DNA from: Podarcis melisellensis
Lineage: Eukaryota
Strand: one strand, 5' to 3'
Assembly (NCBI GenBank): GCA_964234715.1
Contig: OZ174280.1
Length of the DNA stretch: 64,000 nt
The number at the start of each line of letters is the position of its first letter. Within the stretch, counting starts at the first letter, position 1. A model generated the notes under the pieces. That model saw only the letters and a list, made by a program, of their open reading frames with translations. It made no database searches and was not told the DNA's origin. The position numbers and the translations under genes were made by a program. Of the stretch, positions 32,749 to 46,709 are shown one piece after another.

Positions 32749-35584
32749 ATACTTGGAAGTAAATTTGGTGAATTCAGTAAAGTCTGTTGATTACAAGGGC
32801 TCTATTCTGAGTATGACTTAATTGGAGACAATCCTTTATCTTAATCTGTGATCTTAAACTTGCATGTCTAGTTTAGTGTAGTGTTTTTAGACTGTTCTGT
32901 AGAATCTTAGGTTGATTGGAAACTTAACGATTCCTCAATAAGTTCAGTAATTGTGTACAACCTTTGCTGAAACACAGCTTGTCTGCTGTTGTTGATGTTC
33001 CTTTGCAATGTATGACTGCAGGGAAGTATGACACTGGTTCATAGATGACAACTGTGGGTCCCAAAGATACTGCTATGTGGAAAGTGCTTCTTCAGGATAG
33101 AAAAGTTTGAAAACCAAAATCCCATTGGCGTCAAAAACTTTCCAAAAAAGTATATATAGGATTGGGTTATATTATATGTTAAGCAGGGAGAAATAGGACC
33201 CAAAGAGCAGGGTCCATAGAAGAAGCAGTAACTTGCAGGTTAGATTTATATTTTTTGTAAGACATACAGTTACACTGTTTTCCTTTTTATCTGAAAGATT
33301 TACGTAGGGTTCACTAGGCAAGATTTAGCGAGTTAAGGGACTTAGTGTTGACACTTTAGCCTTGATATACGGTAAGTTGCACAATTCTCTCTTAATTCCT
33401 TGAACATAGTGATTAGTGGAAACAATGATATGGGGGTATTGTGCAGCTTTTTTTGCCTTCAAGCAGAGGAGACAGGCTCAATGCGACAGACATCCTCAAA
33501 ATAATTCATAAAGTGTTTTTCTGGAATCCACTGCTCATCATAACATCTATTTTGAAGCTGTGAGCTTGCGGTGGGGGGCAAGAAATAGGAATGATCATGG
33601 GACAGCCAGAGAAGTTTCATTATCAGGAGTACGCCACAAATTGAAATCTGTAAGATATTCATTGACTTAGGTTCAAATTGCTGCTTGATATGAAAATAAC
33701 ATTGACCCTGGGCCAACCACTACCTCAACTGTATACCTACAACACATGATTAAGACTAAAGAGCAAGTGGCAAAGAAACTACACTGGACAAAGGGCGAGT
33801 TTAATGTAACAAAAACAACTACAGTATTTATTTTCCATAATGTTTCTAAACTGAAAACCTTGGGATGGTAAGATTTCTAGTATCTGTAAAGATTAATATT
33901 TGTTTAGTGACCTCTAGTGGGCATAGTCAGATGGTGCTCATATAAAACATCCAGAGTTTAAAACAGTTTTTCAAAATGTACTAATAAAATAGCTTGCAAG
34001 CATTTATTCACAATAAGAAGTTGGTTACATTTCATGCAATTTTCCCTGAAGCATAAACATGCTGGCAGTAACTGGTGAGAGTTGTAATTCAGCAACATCT
34101 AGAGTTCCATACGTTCTTGATCCTGCTTTACAGCTTAATTTAGAGGAGGAGGAGCACTAGATTGTGCACTAACTCATGAACTGCATGTAATCACATGAAG
34201 TTCATTATTTTGTGAAAGTGTTCTTGCCCCCAAACAAAGGGGACTAGACTCTTGGAATGGAGAGCTGCTTGGCTTTTTCCCTGCTATAACAACATAACCC
34301 ATGCTAGGCCTTCGTTTAATATTCCTGCATTCCACAGGAGGTTTATTCGGGGGGAAGAATGAGAAGAAAAGCCTTTTGGAAAGAGCAACCATTGAATTAT
34401 TTATAGTCGGATCTAGACAGGATTTTGTGGTAGCTGAACAGATGTTTCTGAGGCGAATCATCGGCAGTGCTTAAATCATTCTCTGTTTTTGTAAATAGAT
34501 TTAGCCAAGGTAAAATCTTGAGGGAAGCAATATAGTTGTACAATTTGTAAATCTTTTTGAGGATTTGCAGTCAGGTGTGGTACAACTTGCAGTATCTTGG
34601 GCAAAGGGCTTCTTGCTGACTGCATCTAAATGGCTCATTTAATAAGCTTCTGTCAATTAGAATGGGGGTAGGCTGGGGGTAGGCAACACCCCTCACTACT
34701 TGTTTGCAAGGGAAAACACATTCTTGAGTTATGAATACAAATACTGAATATGGTAGTTCTGGGTTGTTATGAAATTATTTGTAACAGGTTCGAAGAAGGG
34801 CCTCTTGTGAGATATGGAGTGACACAGGAATATTAAAACTCAAAGACTTAAGCAACCACCTTTAGTTGTTTCTGATCTGACAAATTATGCTCAGAGCCAT
34901 TTAGCTTTCTCTTTCTCTTTCTGTAGAGCTCCTAATGTGTGACATCATCTGGGAATTTTAGTTCAAAACATTTGTCGCTTCTGTCACCCAATTACCTGCC
35001 ATGGATCTTCCTGCTGGTTAGGTTTAAGGAATCAAATCCAGTCTTTTCTTACTGGATTTTACAGCGCAAGAGAATTGGACTTCTAAGTCTTCTGTAAACT
35101 TTAACTTTAGCACTGTGAGTCATACTCCAATGTGTGGGTGGAGAAAAGCCCTTGAGAGTAAGTCTCTGGCATGGATACTTGGAAACACACTCCACCCCCC
35201 TGAAATATGTTGCATGTCTACAGCTGAAATTTGTGCTGTTCCTTTTTTGGTAAAGTTTTGATAGGAATAATTTTCTTATGCTCTACTTGGGATTAAATAG
35301 TGGGATAGACACTAAGTCGTGTTTTAAAGTACTTCTAGAAAGTAAATGAGAAAAGCTCTAATTATTCACTGGTATATTTTTGAGGATGTTTACCTTTTTC
35401 TCAACCCCATTACCCATGACATATTTTAATCTGCTGGACATGCATTGGCTGAATTTTGATGAAATGCTAAACTGATTCAGTACTTGTAGTATGGCCATAA
35501 GGTGGAGTTTTTGAGCTCTCATTCCAGATTAAAGCACAGTTTAGTGTCGTAGCCCCTTAGATACTGGTTAATCTTAACTATGAT

Positions 35585-35921
35585 TAGTATACCTGAAGGA
35601 GCGTCTCCACCCCCATCATTCTGCCCGGACGCTGAGGTCCAGCGCCGAGGGCCTTCTGGCGGTTCCCTCATTGCGAGAAGCGAAGCTACAGGGAACCAGG
35701 CAGAGGGCCTTCGCGGTAGTGGCGCCCACTTGGTAGTGGCGCCCACCCTTCCAGCAGATGTCAAAGCGATAAACAACTACCTGACATTCAGAAGACATCT
35801 TAAGGCAGCCCTGTTCAGGGAAGTTTTTAACGTGTGATATTTTACTGTATTTTTGGTTTTTATGGAAGCCGCCCAGAGTGGCTGGGGAGGCCCAGCCAGA
35901 TGGGCGGGGTATAAATAATAA

Positions 35922-35958
<37 letters not shown>
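35585..35958 (+). mobile_element. L2-clade LINE 3' end, relatively young
   Basis: YLKERLHPHHSARTLRSSAEGLL...RAFAVVAP; CpGs retained; (ATT)n tail. Confidence 0.85.
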
Positions 35959-37171
35959 GTTGAAACAAGTCAGCTTCATAAACTACTGTATGAAGCTGGT
36001 TTGCCTGTGTTCAGATGACATGGGTAGCTGGAGGAAAAGTGTGGGAGCCTGAAGGCTGATGAGGCTTGTTCTCATAATGCTAAATGAAGTAGTTTCAAAA
36101 TGTTGGTTGGCTTCCTTAAAAGTACGTGGCAAAAGATAGGCCAGGAAGAGGAAACTTTCTTGGGAGAAGTATTTTACAGTATGTCAAGCAGGAACCTGGA
36201 GAAAATGAGAGAAAATTCTTTGCTTTCAGAACAGAACCCTTGCACTCTGATCATGAATTCCATGCAGTTGTTGTGTCATGTTAATTTTCAGCTGCTTAGT
36301 GTTCAATATCCTTTGTGTGACATTGAACTGAGTGTCTGAGTAAAATTCTCCACTGATGTACAGTACACAAATAGCATGAGCAGCAACAGAACAGACACTT
36401 TTTCTATAAGCTTCAGTGCTCTTCTGTCTTTGCTCTCTATTAAGCCCATCACAAAAGTTGGTTTCTATGTTGGTCTTGCCAAAAACAAAGCCAGTGAAAG
36501 AATCTGACTAGAGCTTTTACTTGGCAACTGAAAGACAAGGAGAGGATGTTTACACAAAATATTCCCTGCTCAGTTCCAGAACATGATATCCTGAGTTCCT
36601 TTCTCACAAAAATAAACTGAGCAGATCAGGATCAGAGGAAACTTCACGTATTGCTGTGTGTAAGGATTGTGGTCAGGTAAGGTCCTGTTTTCCTTTAAGA
36701 GAGTTATTTACCTTTTAAGTTAGGTGGACAGAACATAGCCCCTGAAACAGCTGTCCAATATGTATCTGTTTCTGCCATAACCTTAAAATTGCCAGACTGT
36801 ATGTAGAATGAACAACAGCCACCATTTGTGCTGTGGAAGCTGCTCATTCCAACTCCTTTCTGCTCTGGTCAAGCAGAGAAGTGTATAGGAAGAAGACTGT
36901 ACTAGGATATGTTGAAGGCAGAAGAATGGGGCAGGATAATAGAACAGAGGGAAGCACCCATTAACTTTTATTTACATAGGTTGGCAAAGTAAGATAATAA
37001 GTTTTTTGTAAAATAAGTTCTTGTTGCCTCTCTCTTTGCATACAAAAACTATTCCTACCAATTCTTTACAGCAAGTTACAGCATGCTATATGATGCCTCA
37101 CTATATACACTTCACCTTGCTTCTAGTAAAACCACCAGCCTTGGTTTTAAAGGCTAGATGTCCATCTAGAC

Positions 37172-37403
37172 CAGGGACATCCAACTCCCAATAAACTGTG
37201 ATCTACTCACAGTATAAAAAACCTGGCAGTGATCTACTCATTGTCGTTGGATGGACCAAAGTTGTTGAGCTTATTTTAGGAAACCACAGTTGTTCCCCCC
37301 CCTTGGGGGGGGAGATCACTGAGGGGCCAAATATCTACCAGGATCTATCAGGAACACCCTGTGATCTATCAGCAGATCACAATCTACCTGTTGAACATGC
37401 CTG
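37172..37403. mobile_element. hAT-type non-autonomous element, second family
   Basis: CAGG...CCTG ends with imperfect TIRs, repeated GATCTAC motifs, perfect 8-bp TSD atctagac. Confidence 0.82.
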
Positions 37404-40131
37404 ATCTAGACCAATAGATAACTCAAATTCAATGTTGGAAATAAAAAGGAAAAAAAGGGCTTTACAAATAGAATTTTAAAAATATATTTAGAGTGACCTG
37501 TTATTTACTTTGAATTGTTCATGCTACTTGAACTGTTTCGGTTAATAGAATAGATCACATCATTTTGAAGCCATGTTGTAGAAAATAGAATAAGCTCTTC
37601 CCTAGGTCTTACCTTGCTATTAACAGGAATATATTATTCAAACAAGCTATAAATACACTTTCTGAAGAAAAGACCAGCTGTATTTTCATCTCATTTTATG
37701 GTTATATAACGTGTCAGAAACAGCAGCACAAATACCACCTCACATGTAAAAAAAGAAATATACACATTACTAATTTTAACTGCAAACATGTTTTTGATGG
37801 ATATGTATGTTTTCTATTGGTAAACTGGTTTGACATAGGGACTTGAATCTATAAAAGAAAAAGAAAGCCAAAATGTCATTTAAGAAGTCACACACAGTTT
37901 CATGCCAACCCCACTTGCGGTGGCATCACTGCTTTTTGTTTTGCTTCACTTACACCTCTGTGGACTAAGTCAAGCAGAATTGTGAAATGGCTCATGAAAT
38001 ATTTCAGAGTTGGTATGAGGATAAGGACTCACCAACATGTAATGAGAATTGCTCCCCGTTTATTTCCATGAAGAACCTTCTGGTGTAGTGAGAAGTGATA
38101 CAGTACTAGTGAAAGAAGAGGAATGTGTTATTTGGATTGCTTGTGTGTCCAAATTAACTACTAGAGTATGCTGTGTTCCAGAGCAAGGCAAAGGTTTCTG
38201 TGTGCACATCTATGCCCTTTCCATTCATATCTGACACACAGAGGACACAAGTGTCATTGTTGGCATGCCTGTTTTATTTTTGGTAAAAGGTTTCTAGGCC
38301 ATCTTTCAGACAAAAGTTTCAAGGTAGCTAACCAAAAAATCAGTTGGCTTTAGTAGGATGATGTGGAGTAGGCAATCTACGAGGTATGAGAACTAAACAA
38401 TTCAGAGGAAAACTATCTTGAGTTGCTCCTGAAGGCTAAAGAAAATGCTGCAACACAAATGTAATTTTGCTGGTGGTAGCCTATTCTACTTCCTCCCAAT
38501 GTCTCTTGGCAGGCTTTCTCCCATCCTCATTCTTCCCCACCCGCTTCAAACATCCATCCATTCCCTTATTTGGACAGCTGTATATGAGAAACTTCATATA
38601 ATTTCAGCTGTTGCACTTCAGTAGAATTTATCGGGAATGGAATGCTGACTGTCTGTTGGGGTGTGCGGAAGAAAACTGGGAGGGAAGAGAAATGCAATGG
38701 GGAGTGCTGAACAGGATCACTCTACACTGCATCTCTTTGTTGCATACCTTACATGCATTTCTTCAAATTATAAGAAAGCTGCAAGGGAGCTGGGCAAAGG
38801 GAGGGATAAATTCCCCCAAGGACACCCCCCAGGCCCTTTGTAATCAGGACTGAATGAGCAAACCGTCTCTTGGCATGGAGCAGCTGTTGAGGGCAGGTTC
38901 CAAACTCTCTCTTGGAATTCCGAACATTGGTAGAAAGAAATTCTAGTCTTGATGTCAATGGCAGTTCTATTATGAGAAATTTAAAGGCAAAAAGATAATG
39001 CCTTCATGGATGTTCCAAGGCTCTCCTACCCCGAGTCTTGGAAAATGATTGATTGTACTGTGCTATTCCCCATGTCGCCTATAATGCGTAGGTTCTGAGA
39101 ATACAGGCTGGTTTTAAAGGTATCAGAATCCACCGCTTACTAGAATAAGCAAACAAACATAAACTAGAATGCTTGAATTTCACTCCAGTGTGAAATCAAT
39201 GTAACAAACAGATTATTTTAACTGCTTGCAAGCAAAAAAGGCAAGCAAAAAAGTCTGGATAGAGAATATGTGGTTGGGTTCTCCATTAACAGTCATGCGA
39301 ACTGGCTCTCTGGGAAAGAGAAGAGTGAAACTATAATACATAATTTAAATCATGGTCTTTTGTAAGTCATACTTACTGCGATCTAAGGTTAACTGAAAAG
39401 CAACTATTAGCCTTTATTTACTTTTATATTTTCCCTAAAACAATTGAAATTGGTTCTTGTTGCTTCTGCTGTTTCAGCTACCTGATTGTACTATCCACCT
39501 ATATATTGGTGCCACCTGCAACTAAAATGACTGCAAAAAACTGACAGGTTGCTTTTTGTACCCTACTCTGTGCTAGGCTCCCCCCCCCCAACATTTGACA
39601 TTCCATGAGGAAAGCAAATTCACGCAAAGGCTTAATCTATTTTGTATCTGTCACTCGTGCCTAGAGGGTAGCATGGAAAGTGACTGGTGCTGCGAGGCAA
39701 TCAATCATTCAGTTGTGTTGCTGCTAGAGAAGCACTTGCATTTTGCTTTTATAGGCTGAATGTGAAGAAATCAAAACCAATGTACTGGGAGCAGGAGACA
39801 TGGCCTGTGTTTTATAAGATCTTTGCTTTCCCATAATTTTTGTTGTTAATTGCATGCCATCTCTATCCTGTTAACCGATTCCTCACAACTAAGAAATCAG
39901 GGTGTTGTTGTTGTTTTTTATCTAACAGTTTCGTTTTTCACACTTATTACTTTATCACAGCGTGCAAAATTTGACCAGTGTCTGAAATACATAGGTCCAT
40001 ATACAAAAGGAAAGTGGGGGTTAAGGTTTTTCCTCCCCTATCAGCAATTCATTCAGATTCAGAGGGAGAAGGACATTGAACAGTTAACTGCAGAAAGGGA
40101 ACACTGCAGAGTTTTGGCTGTAGTTAGCTTG

Positions 40132-40190
40132 GGAAGTGACGTCTTACAGCATTTGCTGTTCTAGAAAGAGCACAGACACGTAGTATAATT
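40132..40190 (+). promoter_or_regulatory. DNAJB4 proximal promoter motifs: ETS-CRE composite, HSE-like site, TATA-like box
   Basis: GGAAGTGACGTC 40132-40143; gTTCtaGAAa 40158-40167; TATAAT near 40184. Confidence 0.5.
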
Positions 40191-40398
40191 GGGAGGGCTC
40201 TGGGTGGCAGTGTCTCTACCACTGTGTATATTTATCTGTATGAAACGACCAAGGAGGGGAGAATGTAATAAGCAGTCTGCCCGCTGCTTACTAAAACTGC
40301 TGCTCTTGTGACTTCTGTTAACGCTTTTCCAGCAACATCGCAAGCTGAGAAACTGGACGCTGTTATATAGAAGGAAATAAACTTTGTGAAGGTTCAGT

Positions 40399-40609
40399 AT
40401 GGGAAAGGATTATTATTCCGTTCTTGGGATCGAAAAGGGAGCATCTGATGAAGACATAAAGAAAGCTTACAGAAAACAAGCCCTTAAATGGCATCCAGAT
40501 AAGAACAAATCTCCCCACGCAGAAGAAAAATTCAAAGAGATTGCAGAAGCTTATGAGGTGCTGAGTGATCCCCAAAAAAGAGAAATTTATGATCAGTATG
40601 GAGAAGAAG
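40399..40609 (+). CDS. DNAJB4: DnaJ homolog subfamily B member 4, coding exon 1 (J domain)
   Basis: [36 protein letters not shown] (HPD motif); donor AAG|gtaaaa; 211 nt. Confidence 0.96.
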
Positions 40610-41270
40610 GTAAAAGAATTTTATGTACAGTAGTTTTAGCTTAAAATAGAAAGCTTTTTTTTAAATGTCAGATGCAGTGAGACAGTTTTTAAGAAGCAGG
40701 TTTGAGCAATTAGATGTAGTAACATAGTTTGAGGATTCAAGTCTTGCTTGAGAGTCTAATACTTCTATGGAATGTTCTAATTTAGGTTATTTTCTATGTG
40801 AATCTATTTGATTCATCTGTCAAACATGTTAGTAGATACTGTTTAATTTATGTTACAAAAACTTTGCAATAGTGTGCTGAGTTTGTCTCACTCTTCCAAG
40901 GTAGCATAAATTATACGGGTATAGTTTTATTAAAATAAGCTTTTATTAAAAATGGCCCTTCTCAGTCAGGGTCCAGGTGTCCAGACTCCAGCCAATATTG
41001 GCATCTTGCCTGGAAAGGAAAGAATTTGTCTGATGTCATGAAATACTAGGACAAGTTTTCAGCTTAATTGTAAACAGTGCTAAAGTGCCAAGGGAATGAG
41101 GCCCAGAAGCAGTGTGTTTAGCTTAAAACGATTATGTTAAAATAATTTAGTTTAGATGGATTCTTATAACTTTTGGAACTGGGTTGCTACCTTTATGGTT
41201 CAAAATCTTGTTCAAATGCTGACCTAAGCTGGCTTCATTACAATAATATACTCCCTCACTTTATGATGGT

Positions 41271-41612
41271 CTATTGAAAACATGTGAACACTTAATTGAT
41301 GAGCTCTTGATGATGATTGCTCTGAGAAGTTTGAATTCATCACAAATCTACACTTTTCTATAAATGCTGGTTCTACTTGAAGTTTTAATACTGCAGCTCC
41401 AGGATCACTGTTTCTCTTGTAGTCATTGGACTTCTGTGAGGCTATTGAAAACATGTGAACACTTAATTGATGAGCTCTTGATGATGATTGCTCTGAGAAG
41501 TTTGAATTCATCACAAATCTACACTTTTCTATAAATGCTGGTTCTACTTGAAGTTTTAATACTGCAGCTCCAGGATCACTGTTTCTCTTGTAGTCATTGG
41601 ACTTCTGTGAGG
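41271..41612. repeat. Tandem duplication, 2 x 171 bp
   Basis: 41271-41441 repeated at 41442-41612 with no mismatch seen by eye. Confidence 0.95.
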
Positions 41613-42389
41613 CTTTGAAACAAATGGGTTCCTTATTCTTAGTCAAGGATCAGCATTCTTTAGGCATTCACATGTTCTTTATTCCCCTTTTCATTCCTAC
41701 ATTCTTTTCCTAATTATACCAGTGTGTGTGTGTCTGCTTCTTTCCCAGCCAACATCAGCATGGATTTTCTACTCGTCCTGTGAGAAATTAAAATGAAAGG
41801 AATAGAAGCAGCTGTCACCGAACATAAAATCAGGCCTAATATTTCTGTGTAACACATAGATATTTAATAAGCTTATAAAGCTTTAAATCTTGGTGAATGC
41901 AGCAGCTTTACTGCTGCCCAGGATATGGGCAGACTGTGGGTCCAGAGCCCCTTTTTATAGCCATGGGACCCGGTGTCCTTTCAGCAAAACCTATCCATTA
42001 TCTATTCTAGGAAGTGTCATTCCGCTAAGCACATGGTATGGTTTGTCAGCCCGCTTGGCATTAGTACTACATCTGTATATGATCATCATGCTCATCATAG
42101 CTAAGAGACTAGGTTTAGCCTGAAAAGCCATTTTAGCAACCTATTTTTATTTACTGAATATTTTCTAAGCTTGGAGAAAAGACTTGATTTTTGTTTTCAT
42201 GGTTCTAAGTCAACACAAATAAGATTTTTGAAAGTAGAGTTTTAAAACCTTTCTAGAGATTTGTATTCTTACATTTTTGAATCCCACCCTAATGTAAATT
42301 TGATTAAAATCCATGACAGCATAATTTCTCTCCTAACTTTGGGTACTACATCCCCAACTTGAAAACATTCATGTTCTTTTCTATTCATT

Positions 42390-42394
<5 letters not shown>

Positions 42395-42473
<79 letters not shown>
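42395..42473. repeat. Compound (CT)n(CA)n microsatellite
   Basis: Directly visible. Confidence 0.95.
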
Positions 42474-42476
<3 letters not shown>

Positions 42477-42996
42477 CCAAGCAGCAGATGACAATTAGAA
42501 CCAAAGAGTATAGAGTTATGGCCCACAGCCTTCTCATGCAGAGTCTGCTTAGGTGTTTTGAAGATAGACTAGAAAGCTAAGAAACTGTTTAAATTTAGGA
42601 TGGCTGCGTAGGTGTAATTAATCACAGAGTGTAGGTGGGTGCCATAACGTTGGAAGAAATGGCAGGCTTGAAATAGCTGAGGTAACTGTCAGCATGAGTG
42701 TGATAGCATAACTTCATAAGATCTCTTTATAAATATCACTTTGCGTAGCTTGCAGTACTTTAGCATTTTCTAATTTCTAAGTCTATTCAAAACTTAGAAG
42801 TAGGTCCAATTAAACTCAGCTGGGCTTCCAAATAAATGCATGTAAGATTGGGCTGTGTTATATTTGATGTGTGGCCCAATCCAATGGTTGCTTCCTCAAA
42901 GTAGACCCTACTGAATACAGTACTCTAAAGTAAGTCCCATCGTTAAATGTATACATGATTATAGTTGGAGATTGTGCCTTGCATTTCTAAACCAGT

Positions 42997-43241
42997 ATAA
43001 TAATAATAATTTTATTATTGTACCCCACCCATCTGACTGGGTTGCCCCAGCCACTCTGGGTGGCTTCCAACATGTATAAAAACATAATAAAACATTACAC
43101 ATTAAAAGGCTTGCCTATAATGGGCTACCTTTCACTATTTTCTAAGGGTTATATAGTTACTCATCTCCTTGACAACTGATGGGAGGGTGTTCCACAGGGT
43201 GGGTGCCACTACAGAGAAGGCCCTCTGCCTGGTTCCCTGTA
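42997..43241 (-). mobile_element. L2-clade LINE 3' end, same family as 35585
   Basis: Reverse complement of the 35690-35950 segment, with (TAA)n tail. Confidence 0.82.
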
Positions 43242-43283
43242 TTTAAGGTTGGCATTGTTAAACTTATTTGTACCCTTTTGTAG

Positions 43284-43858
43284 GACTGAAAGGAGGAACT
43301 GGAGGGCCAGATGGGCAAGGTGGTACTTTCCGGTACTCCTTTCATGGAGACCCACATGCCACATTTGCAGCATTTTTTGGTGGTGCCAATCCTTTTGAGA
43401 TCTTCTTTGGAAGAAGGATGCCTGGTGGCAGAGACACTGAAGACATGGAAGTGGATGGAGATCCGTTTGGTTCCTTTACTTCTTTCAATATGAATGGATT
43501 CCCAAGGGAAAGAAACACTGTTGGTAGCCAACCCCGTCGTAAGCAAGATCCCCCTATTGTTCATGAACTCAAGGTATCACTGGAAGAGATTTACCATGGA
43601 TGCACAAAAAGAATGAGAATTTCCCGAAAACGGCTCAACCCAGATGGTAGAAGTGTCAGAACGGAGGATAAAATCCTCACTATTGATATCAAGAGAGGAT
43701 GGAAAGAGGGCACCAAAATTACATTCCCCAAAGAAGGCGATGAAACACCTAGCACTATACCAGCTGATATTGTGTTTGTTATTAAAGATAAAATACATCC
43801 TCACTTCAAGAGGGATGGTTCAAATATTGTCTATCCAGTCAAGATCAGCTTACGAGAG
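43284..43858 (+). CDS. DNAJB4: DNAJB4 coding exon 2 (G/F-rich region and C-terminal domain)
   Basis: ttttgtag|GA CTG AAA...FHGDPHATFAAFFGG...KISLRE|gtaagt; 575 nt. Confidence 0.96.
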
Positions 43859-43977
43859 GTAAGTACCTTGTTATGCTTTGGAATGGTATTATTAAAACTT
43901 CATGCCATCTGTGCTTCAAACTTGTTCACATTGTTTTACAGTCAAAGCTGAGTTGAACTTGATAATAGCCCATAGAT

Positions 43978-44113
43978 CAGGCTTCCTAAAACTTGGCCTG
44001 CCAGATGTTTTTGGCCTACAACTCCCATGATCCCTAGCTAGTAGGACCAGTGGTCAGGGATGATGGGAATTATAGTCTCATAACATCTGGAGGGCCGAGT
44101 TTAAGGAAGCCTG
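43978..44113. mobile_element. hAT-type MITE, same family as 15803-15936
   Basis: TIR CAGGCTTCCTAAA / TTAAGGAAGCCTG; perfect 8-bp TSD ccatagat. Confidence 0.9.
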
Positions 44114-46475
44114 CCATAGATGATGTTGTTTGATAAATATGTAGACACCCAGATAATGGGCGTGATTCACCTAACGAGTCCTGTCAGCGCAAGCGCTGCA
44201 GAAGAACTTCCACTTGCACAATGGGGCTTTCCCCTCACCACACCCCAGTGCCCCTTCCAACCAGCATGCCCCAAAATCGACTCCGGGGGAGTGTTGGGAG
44301 AACTCCCAGAGCAGCACCCAGGGAGGAGGAGAGGAGGATAGTTCCATCTGGCAAGCTGCAGTTGCTTGCATTGATGGCACATCCACCATGGTGTAACACT
44401 GGATTCCACCCACTGTGTTGAATAGTTCAGCACCGTTTGGAAGAAGGATGACTGCTATTCTTTGACTGTAGCATGTCATAACAGAGTGTGGGATAAAATA
44501 TCCAAAGCTAACACTGTACTTCATAATTCTGGTTGCTGCTTGTGCCATCTCTTACTTCCCCCTCATTGCCATTTTATGTTCAATTCTGGTTTGAATCCAA
44601 TGCTAGTCCAACTTGGAGTAGACCCACTGAAGTTAATGGATCTGGCTAACTCAGGTTCATTTACTTCAATTGATCTGCTCTGAGTAGGGCTAGTACTGGG
44701 CACAACTCTCTGCCTGCAACAAAAGTTAGCCATGTACTCAGCTGAGCCTTCCTTTTAACTGGCTGGGATGTTTTCTGATTCTATTCAGTGGCTCTTTTCA
44801 GTATGAGGATGTGGCATCGCTCTGCAGCGTGATAGAAAATGTGTTGGTCTAAAAGGTTATTGGAACACAAATACATAAACCCAAAACAGACTCATGAGCA
44901 AAACTCCCACCAGAATGCCTCGGGGGGGGGGAGGGGGAGAGAAAGCACCCACCTGCACTCTAATAAAGTTGCAGATTTTTAAAAACAGCAGAGAAATCAC
45001 TGCTATGTGAACAACATGATCTGCTTTGCTTCTAATTTTGTAGCAATTGAGTAGTTGGATACAAAATGGTGCAGTTATGCAAACCAAAACTTGGCCAATG
45101 TAAGCAAGAGTAAACTTAGCTGAGATGGCATGAGTTTAATTTTAAACCAATGCTTTTATATAAATGGGTGTTAAATTGATGTATATGTACATTATGTTGC
45201 AGTTAGAGCTAAACAAGCTAAATGAAATAGAACAAAACAAAACTAAATAGCGCTATGAGCTATGCCTTATAACAATATTACAGATACCATGTAAATACCT
45301 CTCTATAGTGAATCTAAGCAACTAATATTTTGCTAATTTTATTTTGAATACAGCTTAGGCCAGGCTTTGGTTTTTTTTTTTTCAAGTACAATTAGTTAGA
45401 GAGTCTGACATTCCTAATAGGTTGGCTGACAGTGGTTTACTAGGATTCTTACATAAACACTGAATTCCGTGCATGTAGGACTCTTTCATTTTTGTCCATG
45501 GGTTGCAAAACGAGTGTAGTGCACTTATGCTTTGCATGAATAGATCAAGGATAGGCAACATGATGCCCTCTGTATTTGGAACTAAAACTCCCACCCACCC
45601 CATCCACTGTAACCACTGATAACGAATAAAGCAAGTTGTAGACAGCATTATCTGAAGGGCACCATGTTACCTACATCTGGCATGGATGGTTCCTACCTGA
45701 AGGAGAAGATTAATGGTGTCCAGTAGTGACCAGTGGGGCTGGATTGCTAACCTGACTTGCCAACACCAGGAAGTCACTGCTGGTTAGCAAGAGGAGGAGT
45801 GGCAAAGCAGCAGGGAGCTTGGTATGGGTGCAGCCAATCTGCCTTTGCACTACACAGAGGTCCCCATTGCCTTGCCCCTCTCCCTCTTGGTAATGGGCAG
45901 CAATGCATGACCTTGGGAAACTAGGTCAGCAAAGCAGCTCCACCGGCCACTGCCCTGCCAACCACTACTGGTAGTGCTTATATGCACAAGAAGCTCTATG
46001 TAAAGCAGGGATGGAGAGCCTGTAACCCTCCAGATGTTGTTGGATGCCAAATCCCATAATCCTGAGCCAGCAATGTCATTGGTCATATGGGAGTGGTCAC
46101 AGGTTAGCCACTTCTGTTCCATGTAGTGGGAACTGTTCAGCTATGTTTGCTTATTGTTTTCCATTTACAAAACCATTTATAGTTATGAACTGCATACATA
46201 GGATTGTGCTGTAAGAATTTGGGCTACACATTAATTATTTGTATAAGATTCAATCTCTGCTTCTGAAAATTACACCCTAGGCTTTACTTGAGAATACGTT
46301 TACTTGTAGTGTTTCTAGCATTACCAATACACCCAACACAGAGTAACAGTATAGGATGTATAATACTGTAACTGTATTTCTAAGCTATATTTCATAGATA
46401 CTTATCTTTCTTTAAGTGCTTTACAAAAAAAATGTCCTGCTGCTTCTGATTTGGCTTTTTAAACTTATTTTTTAG

Positions 46476-46709
<234 letters not shown>

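Noticed and set aside
41295-41330. C/D-box-like TGATGA...CTGA words in the duplicated unit, and ATGATGA near 25883
   Set aside because: Spacing is too short or the strand is wrong for the host gene, and there is no terminal stem.
41224-41646. 140-aa ORF with a 57-aa repeat
   Set aside because: By-product of the 171-bp duplication (a multiple of three); non-ATG start, antisense within an intron.
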